A DNA stretch of 64,000 nucleotides from Paramoeba atlantica (lineage: Eukaryota; Protista; Discosea), in contig CDRNVI010000053.1 of assembly GCA_977017575.1 (NCBI GenBank), positions 880,307-944,306 of the forward strand, written 5' to 3'. Of this stretch, positions 42,824-53,812 are shown piece after piece. The notes under the pieces are model-generated. The model did not search any database. It was not told where the DNA came from and saw only the letters and a program-made list of their open reading frames with translations. Position 1 is the first letter of the stretch, and every line of letters begins with the position of its first letter. The position numbers and the translations under genes are program-made.

Positions 42824-43535
42824 TATACACTTCTTAAGGCGTGAGTCAAAACTTAAGACCGTATTGTCGATCACATTTTGAGATAAACAAGACCACGTTT
42901 TGCGTATAGTACGGGGCTTTATTACGGGACGGATTAAGAGGGGTGAAACCATTCAGGTTCGGGGTCGGTTCGCCTCGGGTCGCCTGGCGCAATCTATTCC
43001 CCCTACTTCTGCTAATTATTTTTGTTTTTTCGTCCTTTTTGTTCGCCTTTATGTTTTTTCGTTTATATAAACCCCCGCTCAAGAAAAGTAATCCCCCATT
43101 TCCGCTAACATTATACTCCCCCTCTCATTAATTTTTATAAATGACCTTTGGTATTTTTTTACAAAAATTTATATTTCTACGAAAATTTACAATTTTGTTC
43201 AGAGTCATATCCTTTTAAGTTTTTCTAAAGTACATTATTTCTATATCCTCGAAACGTTTGGACCGCACTTCGGACAACGGGCTTGGCTTTTATTTTTCCC
43301 CGCAGCGCATCGCTGATCACGAAGAAATTCGTAGAAATCAGCGCATAATCACGTTTGTGGAGACGAAGGGACAGGAAGAATTTTCTCCAGAAAGTACAGA
43401 TCGGCCTTTTGTACATTAGCCCTCCCTTCATTACTCTATGGGCGCTTAAGCAAATATTTATAGTTAACATCTCATAATTATCATCCTCGCTTACCCGCAA
43501 TCTATCCTTACAGCGAAACAAATTGGTTCATCGTA

Positions 43536-44877
43536 AAGGGGGGGTACGTCTATTGTTGGCAATCATCTATTGTTGGCAAACTAATAAAATCATCTATTGT
43601 TGGCAATCTGTTATTGTTGACATTTAATTAATTTTGATTTCTTTGATCCATTGCCATGTATGACGGATAAAATCCTGGAGTCTGCTAAGGTCAAAATTTC
43701 CACTTTTTTCGAAAATTTTCGAAACTTTCCTCTTTTTCGAAGATACGTATACATCCTAAGATGTTCCTCCGAAGATACGTATGTATCCTCGTGTATGTGA
43801 GGGGGGGCGACGGTAGTGTAAGTGATAAATGTAGCGTAAGTTACCTTGATGGCCAACAATAGATGATTTTATTGCCGTTCCATCTATTGTTGATTAAGGG
43901 GGGTATTGTATCATCTATTGCGGTGGTTGTAAAACTACCGCTCTACACTCGATTATTGAAAAAAAAGTGAACAAAAACAGTGAAAATATAAAGAGGAACA
44001 CAGTAATATAATAGAAGAAAAAAATATAAAAGGGGGCTCCGGTGGTCCAAAACTGAAAAAAAAATTTGAAAAAAATGGGGGGTCCAGGGGGGGGGGTCCA
44101 GGGGGGGGGTCCAGGGGGGGGGGCATGGTCGAGCAAATTTTTTCGAAAAAATTAGTTTTCGAAAAAAAACCGCAGAAAGGGGAGCCGGGGTCTTGGCGCG
44201 CATTTTCCACCCCCCTACCCGGGGGTGACCCCCCCGCGTATCCGCAGGACGGGTCCGCCAAGTTCGGATTTTTTCGGAAAAAATTTTTTGAAAAAAAATT
44301 CAACTTGGCGAAAAAAATGACAAAAAACATATTTTTCCAAAATCGTTTCCCCTATTGTATTTTGATAGTTTGGGACCTACACTAGCTTTCTACGCAGTTG
44401 TTTTCGCAAGGTATCACTTCTTCGAACTGTGGTGCGCCCCCCAAAATGACCCATTTTTGACTAAAAAAGGTGAAAAAGTATTTTTCGGACCTAAAGGGGC
44501 ATTTTTGTGTCGAAAGAATGGTATGGTTGGAGTCGTATTCTCTACCCAATACGTTCGGTAGGCTTTCATTCATGCCTGCGAGTGATTTCCCACGCGCAAA
44601 TGTCGGATTTAGTGCTCTGACAGCAAAAATACACGAAAATGACCCCATTTGTACCCGAAATTCGGCTATTTTTGGCTATAATCTTTCCGTTTTCCAGGCT
44701 AAATTTTCTTTTTTAGGCTCTTCGTTAAATGCGGCGGTAGTTTTCAACGCGAAGCGCGCAGCATGAGTGACTTCTAAGTTGAAAACAACCACCGCGTTTA
44801 ACGAAGAGCCTAAAAAATTGTTGGCAATCGGCTATTGTTGGCAAAAAAAGTTGCCAACAATAGACGAGCCCCCCCTT
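43536..44877. mobile_element. TIR element with tcatctattgttggcaa subrepeats, hosting hairpin copy B
   Basis: aagggggggtacgtctattgttggcaa and ttgccaacaatagacgagccccccctt are inverted ends. Confidence 0.6.
43918..44817 (-). mobile_element. Double-hairpin element, copy B
   Basis: Reverse complement of copy A. Removal regenerates the host unit tcatctattgttggcaa exactly. Confidence 0.85.
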
Positions 44878-45039
44878 TCATCTAACGTGTTGTATATCAC
44901 CCTCCTTCCACCTACCCTCTCTCATTAATTTTTATTTCTTTTTTAGGCTCTTCGTTACGTAAGTACAACTATGTTTCGTACATTTTCATGTAGCATTTTA
45001 GTGTTGAACCTCCATTTTTTTCCCTAAGAAACCTAATTC

Positions 45040-45646
45040 GTGACGAAAAAACCTTTTAAATTGTTTTCATACGCTGTCTTCATGGTGGGTCCATGGGGGG
45101 GCACACGTCGCGAAATTTTTTTCGAATTTTTTGCTTTTCAAAATCGAGCGCATGGAAGTGGTAGAGTAGGCCGTGTCGATAATTTTCCACCTCCCCCCCT
45201 TGGGGGTAGTCCCCCCCCCCCTGGTACGCTCAGGAGGGGTCCGACAAGGTCGAAATTTCCGAATTTTTTGAGGTGACCAAAAAATATATTTCTTTGACCC
45301 AAAAAAAGGCAAAAATATTCTTTTTCCAAAATCGACTCCTAAAACGTATTTTAAGAGTTTTACACCTCAGCTACCATTCTACGACGTTTCTTTCGACAGA
45401 TTCGCCTCCTGCCCCTACTGGTAAGGCATCCAAAACGTCCCAAATTCGGGTTAAAATTTCGCAATTTTCGCATTAAAATCGAGGTTTTTCACCCAAAAAA
45501 CTAGATTATTCATGATCTTTTGGCGATTTTTCTTTTTTAGGCTCTTCGTTAAACGCGGTGGTAGTTTTCAACGCGAAGCGTGCAGCATGAGTGACTTCTA
45601 AGTTGAAAACAACCACCGCGTTTAACGAAGAGCCTAAAAAAGAAAA
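45040..45646 (-). mobile_element. Divergent partial hairpin-element copy F
   Basis: Related body sequence plus a complete large hairpin at 45527-45646. Left limit approximate. Confidence 0.65.
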
Positions 45647-46849
45647 TTATCAATTTTCGTAATGTTTCAAATAATTTGCAGAATTTTGACCCTTCTTTTT
45701 CCTTAAAAATCTTTCCTATAGTCATCTGGTGTTTTATGAAGCAAATCAGCTTAGAATTTCGAGATCTGTTGAATGCCGAAGGAATGAGATCAAAAGCTCT
45801 CACGACACAAATTTTATACTCCAGGTTATGCAAGACCTGGGTGCTATAATCCGAAATACTCTGATCATGTTCTTAAATCCTTAGTAGGATGCACCTTGAC
45901 AGGTTTTGTTTGTTTTTTTGGTAACGAACTTTATCGCGGTGCATCTTCAGATGCCGTGATTCAGGACTTGCATTCTTTCCTTCCTTTCTGAACACATCCA
46001 ATCCAAATCATTCCGGATTGCTCCGCATGGTCACTGGCAAGCCAGACCCTTCACAGACAGATTTGGAAGTTCCGAGGCCGACGTCCTCTACCAGTTTCCG
46101 CTTGTCCAAGGCGGCACCAACGTGATGTTGTCAACACGCTGCGTCGACGAACTGTACGTCAACACGGGTCACCCAAGAGGTGTAAGCCGGGTAAGGGAGC
46201 TGGTTCCCTGAGGGGAGGGTCCGGGACCGTCCTCCGAGTACTGGGCCTAGTCGGTTATCAGCCCAGCCTTTTAGAGTGAGGCCGCCAGGAATATTGCGAT
46301 GAGCGGGTTTGAACTCGCCGTCTGAGCACCATGTGCTTCAAACTTTGAGTTCTTGCCACTCCGCCACCTCCACTTCTGAACACAATGTAAAGGCACTATC
46401 CGACGGGTACTTCTACGATTGCAACAGCGTAATTATTCCCTATGACAGGGGAGAAATATGGCCTCCTTTACCTGCGAACGAAACGCTCGACACCTACGAG
46501 CTCGAGGCAAGTGTCAAGTTGTCCTATAATGAATCTCTTGCACATTTTCGTTTTTTTTTGGCGACAGCATTGCTTGAAAATCGCTAAGTTTAGAATAGCT
46601 CATTTCGCAGCGACCTGCTCGTTCAGCTCGAGGAGCCCGAATGGAAGGGATATATCCCAGCCACAGGACAGGCGAACCAGCATCTGGTGTCTAAGTGTTA
46701 AGTCTCTGCTACCGTACACTTGCGTCCATCTACAATCCTACTTCAGTAATGTAAGTTTCCAGAGCAGCGCAAGTTGCCACTTTGACTCGTGTATCGGTGG
46801 CTTGAAATAGTGTTTTTAAAAATTTCCAAGTAGCCTTGTTTTGACTAAA

Positions 46850-47414
46850 CCCCCCTCCCACTTAATATTTACACACTTTTATTATTTACTGGACACTTAA
46901 TATTTACATGGACACTTATTGTTTACACACTTTTATTATTTACATGGCTTTTAATCTCTCAAAATTTTGAAAAATGTCACTGAAGCAAATTACAAAAACG
47001 CGATGAAAGCAGTTCCTACGACTCAAACGGTGCACCCGAATACTGATCGGAAAATCTATCCGATGAAGGCGTCCAACCTTCAGGTGAGCAGCCCAACCGG
47101 CCATTTTCAATGAGTCACAGCAGAGACATGAGAAAAGTAAGACTAGGAATGAATGACCCACGGCATCACATACGGAAAGGCGTTCCATCACCAGTGAAAA
47201 AACGATTTGTTGAAATGAGATTGAACGGCATGATAAAAGTGCCTCTTCTCGCCTTCAATCATGGATCGGTCAGAAAATTTTATAACACCTGCAGGAGCCA
47301 ATGTAAATAATAAGTGGAATTTCCCCGTAATATTTACATGGACACTTATTATTTATACACTCTTATTATTTACCATTTTTCGCATGTACATGTAAATATT
47401 AAGTGGGAGGGGGG
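46850..47414. mobile_element. TIR element (cccccctcccacttaatatttaca ... tgtaaatattaagtgggagggggg)
   Basis: Perfect TIRs of about 24 bp; target duplication not resolved. Confidence 0.7.
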
Positions 47415-48382
47415 TCTATCATCTAGGGGACATCCTCGAGAGATATGGTCTTCAGCAATTTTCTCACCAGGAACCCATCGAATCTCAAGATCAAACGCAC
47501 GCTCCTTCTTAAGATTCGAAATTTTTCTAATTATTTCTCGAGCGGGAGCTGAATAACTTGCGATTAATCGCCTCTTGGATACCTCTCTCCAATGCTTTCA
47601 GTTCGAGCACAAATGCCGAAAGGGATTTATCTTGCACTGTATTGCTGACGTACCACGCATCATCCGGTCTGCCATCGTCAGAAAAGAATAGGCCTCCGAT
47701 CCCCACTTTCTTGCTCGCATCTGTAGCTACCCACGCGGTAACACCGTGGTCGTTTCTGCTTGGTCGCCAGTGCCATTTTCGGGAAAAAAAAATAAGCGGA
47801 AGAACAATTTTTATCATAGTTTCCCATTTCAGAACCTCTTCGCCTGAGAGATTTCGATCCCATCCCAATGAAACATTCTCCGTTCCCCACTCCACTAATT
47901 GCTCCATGGCGAAATCGATTTCTATTTGCGTAAGACCTGCAATTCTGTGCACCCACAGCAAACGAGAGATCCAACCAGTTGCTCTTCTGACTGAGCACCC
48001 ATGTGTGCTTTCGGGTGTATCCAAACTGAGGTCATCATCCCATTTTTTCAAGGTCTTGTCACAGACTCGCCATTTCATTTCTTCCTGCTCCCAGACATAC
48101 TCGACCCCGAGAAAATCAACCCTGTAGAATGTAATCACTGAATGAGGGTCCTTCCAGATAGCATTCAAACACTTTCCATTCTTCTTCAACCTCTCTTTCC
48201 ACCTGTGAGCCAGTGCAGACTCCTTTGTCGCGATTAGAATGTTATCGTAATACAGTATACCGTAATTATTCCTTGCACATGACCTTTCGTGTCCGTAAGC
48301 TGGAGAAAAAAGGGCGTTGCATCGTCACAATATCGTGGGACCCCGAGAGATGGCTGACTCTGGCTAGTTTTGAAAAGAACTA

Positions 48383-49598
48383 CTCCTCCTGCATTAATAA
48401 TGATAATCTTAAAAACAATTGTCATTCTACGTGGTGAAGACTCTTAAAAAATTATCAACTTATTTTCATGCACGCAGGATTTTCTTACAAAAAATTTTGT
48501 GTCTTAACAAAAAGTACTTTGAACTAAAAAACTACTGGTAAGGTTTCAAAAACGGCTCAAATTCGGGTTAAAATTTTTTGGTCTGAAAATCGTGTTTTTT
48601 TGTCGAAAACTATGTACTCTCCCTGCCATTAATAATGATAATGATAATAATAGTCTTAAAACAAATCATTTTTGGGGATTATAATTTTCTTTTTTAGGCT
48701 CTTCGTTAAACGCGGTGGTTGCTTTCAACTTAGAAGTCACTCATGCTGCGCGCTTCGCGTTGAAAACTACCGCCGCGTTTAACGAAGAGCCTAAAAAAGA
48801 AAATTTAGCCTGGAAAACGGAAAGATTATAGCCAAAAATAGCCGAATTTCGGGTACAAATGGGGTCATTTTCGCATATTTTTGCTCTCAGAGCACTAAAT
48901 TCGACATTTGCGCGTGGGAAATCACTCGCAGGCATGAATGAAAGCCTACCGAACGTATTGGGTAGAGAATACGACTCCAACCATACCATTCTTTCGACAC
49001 AAAAATGCCCCTTTAGGTCCGAAAAATACTTTTTCACCTTTTTTAGTCAAAAATGGGTCATTTTGGGGGGCGCACCACAGTTCGAAGAAGTGATACCTTG
49101 CTAAAACAACTGCGTAGAAAGCTAGTGTAGGTCCCAAACTATCAAAATACAATAGGGGAAACGATTTTGGAAAAATATTTTTTTTGTCATTTTTTTCGCC
49201 AAGTTGAAATTTTTTTCAAAAATTTTTTCCGAAAAAATCCGAACTTGGCGGACCCGTCCTGCGGATACGCGGGGGGGTCACCCCCGGGTAGCGGGGTGGA
49301 AAATGCGCGCCAAGACCCCGGCTACCCTTTCTGCAGTTTTTTTTCGAAAACTAATTTTTTCAAAAAAATTTGCTCGACCATGCCCCCCCCCTGGACCCCC
49401 CCCATGGACCCCCCATTTTTTTCAATTTTTTTTTTCAGTTTTGGACCACCGGAGCCCCCTTTTATATTTTTTTCTTCTATTATATTACTGTGTTCCCCTT
49501 TATATTTTCACTGTTTTTGTTCACTTTTTTTTCAATAATCGAGTGTAGAGCGGTAGTTTTACAACCACCGCAATTATCATTATTAATGACAGTGGGAG
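48383..49598. mobile_element. TA-flanked TIR element inserted in the RT gene; hosts hairpin copy C
   Basis: TA|ctcctcctgcattaataatgataat ... attatcattattaatgacagtgggag|TA. An extra left-end copy lies at 48617-48642. Confidence 0.75.
48685..49573 (+). mobile_element. Double-hairpin element, copy C
   Basis: Near-identical to copy A over about 889 bp. Confidence 0.85.
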
Positions 49599-50484
49599 TA
49601 CACCCCAACACATCCTGTGCGCTATAGATGCCGACCACGAGTGGCCCATGGGGAGTACTGTGGGAACCCAGGTCTTACCAAACAACAACAGTCCCATGGT
49701 ACGTGCGAATAAACCATTGATTTTTATCTGATAAAACCAATGACGCAAGTCGGCTGTCACATAGTGACCAGGCCCTACGTATTGTATAGCCTTTAATATC
49801 TCTTCCGGTTGCGGGAGGCTGAGTACGGGGGGCGCTTTGGCCAATCTGCTCGCCTGCTGAGCATTCACAATCAATCTTGACTGGATAAAGGATTTCCTTA
49901 TCTTGTATAGCTTCGCCCAACTCTTTATTATGGGTGGGACTCTCTTTTATGATTTTCCACTCTCTTATCAATGATGCGTCTTCCACGCTTAAGCCACTTC
50001 GAGCCTCCGTATTGTGCTTCTGATTCATAGGTGCCACACCTTCTTCAAAAAATTCCTCATTCTGAACAACTCCTATAGCGTCATGCAGCCACAGCACCTT
50101 GTTGGAAATAACCCAGTTGCGGAGACGCCCATACAGAAGACCGCCTGCGATTTTATTGGATCCAGTGGCAACTCACTCGGTTCTGAAACAGTTTTTGGAC
50201 CAAGAAACAAACAGTCATGTGGGTAATCGGACATGTAATATACACCTCGCTTGCCACTCCTAGTGAAAAGAAAAAGTAATTATAATCAATGTTCCTGGGT
50301 GTGAAGCACTACATCCTTCTCTATCAACGGATTCAGTCCTAATGAGCCGCGTGTGCACTCTTCGCACATGCATTGTAATGTACACGCACATGCTCCTCTC
50401 TAGTTACATATTATGAGTATCGAGTAACTTAAAAGCATGTATGTCTCGCCCTTTTTCAAGCTAACTAACTTACAATGTCCACAT

Positions 50485-51010
50485 CGAGGCATCTAACTCA
50501 GACTTTAAGGAATGATTTCTAAGGAATGAACATTGATTTCTCAACGTTTACTTCCAAACATCTAACTTAAGGAATGATTTCTAAGGAATGAACATTAATT
50601 TCTCAACGTTTACTTCCAAACATCTAACTTCTAACATCCGTTATCTAAACATTCAATTTTTAAGCTTCATCGTCAAAGCATCTAACTCAGACCTCACCGA
50701 ATCTCTTAACATACAGGGGCATGCTTCGAAGCATCTAACTTCTATCATCCGTTATCCAAACGTCTAACTTCTAAACTACAAGCATCTAATTCAGACCTCA
50801 AGGATACTGACTTCTCAACGTCTGTCTCCAAAGTTTGGAAACTAAACTTTAACTTCTGACGTCCGTCATCTAAGCATCTAACTTCCAGACTTCAAAATCA
50901 AAGCGTAGAAGTTCTAAACTTCTAAACATTAACTTTTCTACATCTAGTCACTCAACCTCTAATTCTAAACATCGAACTCATGATCTTCTAATGGTTAACT
51001 TCTCATCATA
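50485..51010. repeat. Degenerate catctaact-motif array containing a ~62 bp direct duplication
   Basis: Exact catctaact at 50490, 50559, 50621, 50679, 50732 and 50875, plus variants. Confidence 0.65.
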
Positions 51011-51186
51011 TGCCTTCTAAATGACTAACTCGCAGATTTAGTCTCATTCTGAAGTCAGCTTCATATCCGGGGACACATGAATCCTCTCTTGGTTAATCGC
51101 CTATTGCGATCATAAGCCAGAGCGCCACGACAAGGCGGAGGATTGAGCTCTGGTTAAAAGACAAGAAGTAACTTTGCAGAATTATA

Positions 51187-51369
51187 TTGTCCCCCCTCCC
51201 CTTAAGCGCACCCGGTCAGACCCCCCCGTTTGAGCGCACATAGAGTTGAAGGAAAGAGCCCGGCGCCGCGAAGCGGTTCCAAATTTCTTTTTACGCAGTG
51301 ATTCAGACCCCCCCCCCGTTTAAGCGCACTTTTCTCGGAAAACGAGGTGCTCTTAACCGGGGGGGACAA
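51187..51369. mobile_element. 183 bp TA-flanked MITE inside a 20 bp minisatellite (gtaactttgcagattaatat)
   Basis: TA|ttgtccccc ... gggggacaa|TA. The minisatellite unit occurs on both sides (about 51166-51470). Confidence 0.7.
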
Positions 51370-51720
51370 TATGTAACTTTGCAGATTAATATGTAACTTT
51401 GCAGATTAATATGTAACTTTGCAGAATTATATGCAAATGCAGAAATATATGTAAATGCAGAAATATATGTAAATTGTAAGTTGTTGCACAAATTACAACT
51501 AATTTTACAAGTTCACACAAATACACGTATACACGTATGTAAGTCACTTGTTTCATCTGTATAGACCCCTAGATCATGATTTTCTCGTTACAAAATAGAT
51601 TTTTTTGGCAGAATAGGGGTATTCTTTCGATGCAATTTGCAAACCAGTTCACGCGCACAATCATCGAGGGCAGCTTGCACTTTTTCTATATAGAGAATAA
51701 TTTTGACACTTTGAACACAC

Positions 51721-52533
51721 ATGCATTATCGAACTAGAGCTTCAGCCCGGCAATATGCTATATTTATTTCAATATGTGGTATTCTCGCTGTTCTTCATCA
51801 TGATCATTTAGAGAAAACTGAATTGCTTCACAACTATACTCAAACGGTGACGCTATATGAATCTGTTCAACATGAATGGCATTTAAAGTGTGCCGCTGTG
51901 GAAGCAAACTTAAGCGAATGTCGAAATTCTCAAACAAACACTAGTACTCAGAATTTTGAATTGTCGCGACAGCTCTCACAATTGCACGAACAGCAGTCTA
52001 ATAACACTGGTCTTGTTCGAGACATGAAAGGTAGTCTTGAACATCTTTCTCAAGAAATTCGAAGAGCTGAACAGGAAACTACGCATCGAGGTGAAGTTAT
52101 TCAGAATTTAACTATAGAACTCTCAGTATGTCGAACTACGCTTGAAAACCAAACTGCCAAAGGTGATCAAGATTTAAATCTTTTAAAAGTTCAGTGTATG
52201 GAATGTGCTAGACTCGCCTTAGATGAGCGTGATTATGCCGCTAACCTACTCGGTGCTCTTCAAAAAGCAGAACGAATTATTACTGAGTCGCATTCTAATG
52301 TACAAATCAAAGATTTGGATCATATCACTAGCAATGAGCACAATTTTTCCAACACGTTTGTATCGAATGAATCACACCTTTCTTTTTCGAATCGTAGTTC
52401 GAACTATTCATTTACACTTTCACCACATGCAACGCGCAATCACACTGCATACACCCCGACTTTTGATTTAAAAGTTGATCCAATTGACGATTTAAAGTAT
52501 GAAACACTTAACAAACTTATCAATATCAATTGA
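51721..52533 (+). CDS. Hypothetical signal-anchored coiled-coil protein
   Basis: 270 aa ATG ORF; hydrophobic segment at about aa 12-27, heptad-like middle and many N-x-S/T sequons. Confidence 0.65.
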   Translation: MHYRTRASARQYAIFISICGILAVLHHDHLEKTELLHNYTQTVTLYESVQHEWHLKCAAVEANLSECRNSQTNTSTQNFELSRQLSQLHEQQSNNTGLVRDMKGSLEHLSQEIRRAEQETTHRGEVIQNLTIELSVCRTTLENQTAKGDQDLNLLKVQCMECARLALDERDYAANLLGALQKAERIITESHSNVQIKDLDHITSNEHNFSNTFVSNESHLSFSNRSSNYSFTLSPHATRNHTAYTPTFDLKVDPIDDLKYETLNKLININ

Positions 52534-52870
52534 TCAATCATTCAGGAATACTCAGAGCGTTGAATCAGGAGGGTGCGTCCGGGTGCGGCTGAGGTCCGGG
52601 GAAGGTGAAATTCTTTTTCTTTTTTAATCTCTTATAGGAGATTTTCTTTTTAATCTCCTATATTTTTTCTGAATGCCTAGATAATGGCAAACTCATAACT
52701 TTCTCGTATATGTATAAACCACCGTCTGGGTTAATGTCGGTGTGCTAGCTTCTTCGTTAAAAGGCGGTGGTTGTTGTTAAACGGGGCTTCGCAAACTGCT
52801 TCCCACTAACGACGCCGCGTATGGCTCAGGCCCAAGCTTCTTAGCTAATCCCTGTGGTAGTCGGACGAAA

Positions 52871-52944
52871 AGTGCGTTAGTGGGAATCGAACCCAACCCT
52901 CTCAGATGTAGAGTCACTGGACCTGACGACTTGGCTAATCACAC
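52871..52944 (-). pseudogene. tRNA-like sequence (A box, B box, T4 run) with imperfect cloverleaf
   Basis: Minus strand GTGTGATTAGCCAAGTCGTCAGGTCCAGTGACTCTACATCTGAGAGGGTTGGGTTCGATTCCCACTAACGCACT(TTT). T-loop and acceptor stem recognisable; anticodon stem poorly paired. Confidence 0.55.
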
Positions 52945-53812
52945 CCTCTGGCGAAAATGAAAATCAGCAGCATCCCTTTCATCGACTATACACCCCCTTT
53001 TTTTCGGGATTTTATTACTCGCCTCGATTCACCCCCACCCAGCTACCATAAAGACGAAGAGGCAGAGTTTGTAAACAAGCCCCGCAATATTCCTATACCC
53101 TCGTATTGCGGTGGTTGTATAACCACCGCTCTACCCTCGATTATTGAAAAACAATGAACAAAAACAGTGAAGCTATAAAGATGCATACAGTAATAAAATA
53201 ATTTAGTGGCTTCTTTAAACGCGGTGGTTGTTTTCAACATAGAAGTCACTCATGCTGCGCGCTTCGAGTTGAAAACTACCGCCGCGTTTAACGAAGAGCC
53301 TAAAAAGGAAAAATTGCCAAAACATCATGAATCAACAATTTTTTTAGGTGAAAAGGCTCGATTTTTAGGCGAAAATTGCGAAATTTTCACCTAAATTTGG
53401 GCCGTTTCTGATGCCTTACCAATAGGGGTAGGAGGCGAATCAGACGAAAAAAACGTAGAATGGTAGCTGGGGTCCCAAACTCCTAAAACACGTTTTAGGA
53501 GTCGATTTTGGAAAAATAATATTTATACTTTTTTTTAGGTCGAAAAATTGGTTGCCCCAAAAATTTAGGAAATTTTGACCTTGTCGGACCCCTCCTGCGC
53601 GTATCAGCGGGGGGGTACCCCCAGGGGTGTGGGGGGGTGGGGGGGGAATTATCGCCGCGGCCTACTCCACCACTTCCCTGCGCTCGATTTTGAAAAGCAA
53701 AAAATTCGAAAAAAAAATCACGACGTATGCCCCCCCCATGGACCCCCCATATTTTTCAATTTTTTTCACTTTTGGACCACCGGAGCCCCCTTTTATATTT
53801 TTTCTTCTATTG

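Larger units (their letters stand above)
47418..50270 (-). pseudogene. Decayed DIRS-order (VIPER/TATE-like) retrotransposon RT-RNaseH
   Basis: AKLYKIRKS..SRLIVN, ADLRHWFYQI, LPMGHSWS, VYYDNILI, VDFLGVEY, ATDASKK.GIGG, LELKAL and IRWVPG...EDHISRG in collinear order, with frameshifts and a nested insertion. Confidence 0.82.

Noticed and set aside
46309-46810. Tyrosine recombinase of the retroelement downstream of RNase H
   Set aside because: No R-H-R-Y catalytic pattern recognisable in the frames examined.
52909-52911. Functional amber-suppressor tRNA or stop-codon reassignment
   Set aside because: The anticodon stem is poorly paired. Conserved genes end at TAG (Pol I, RAE1), TGA (SPT16, LSm4) and TAA, consistent with the standard code.
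52860-52940. Hammerhead ribozyme (ggacgaaa and ctgacga present on +)
   Set aside because: Stems I and III cannot be formed and the 10.1-11.1 pair is mismatched; the tRNA-like reading on the minus strand explains the sequence better.
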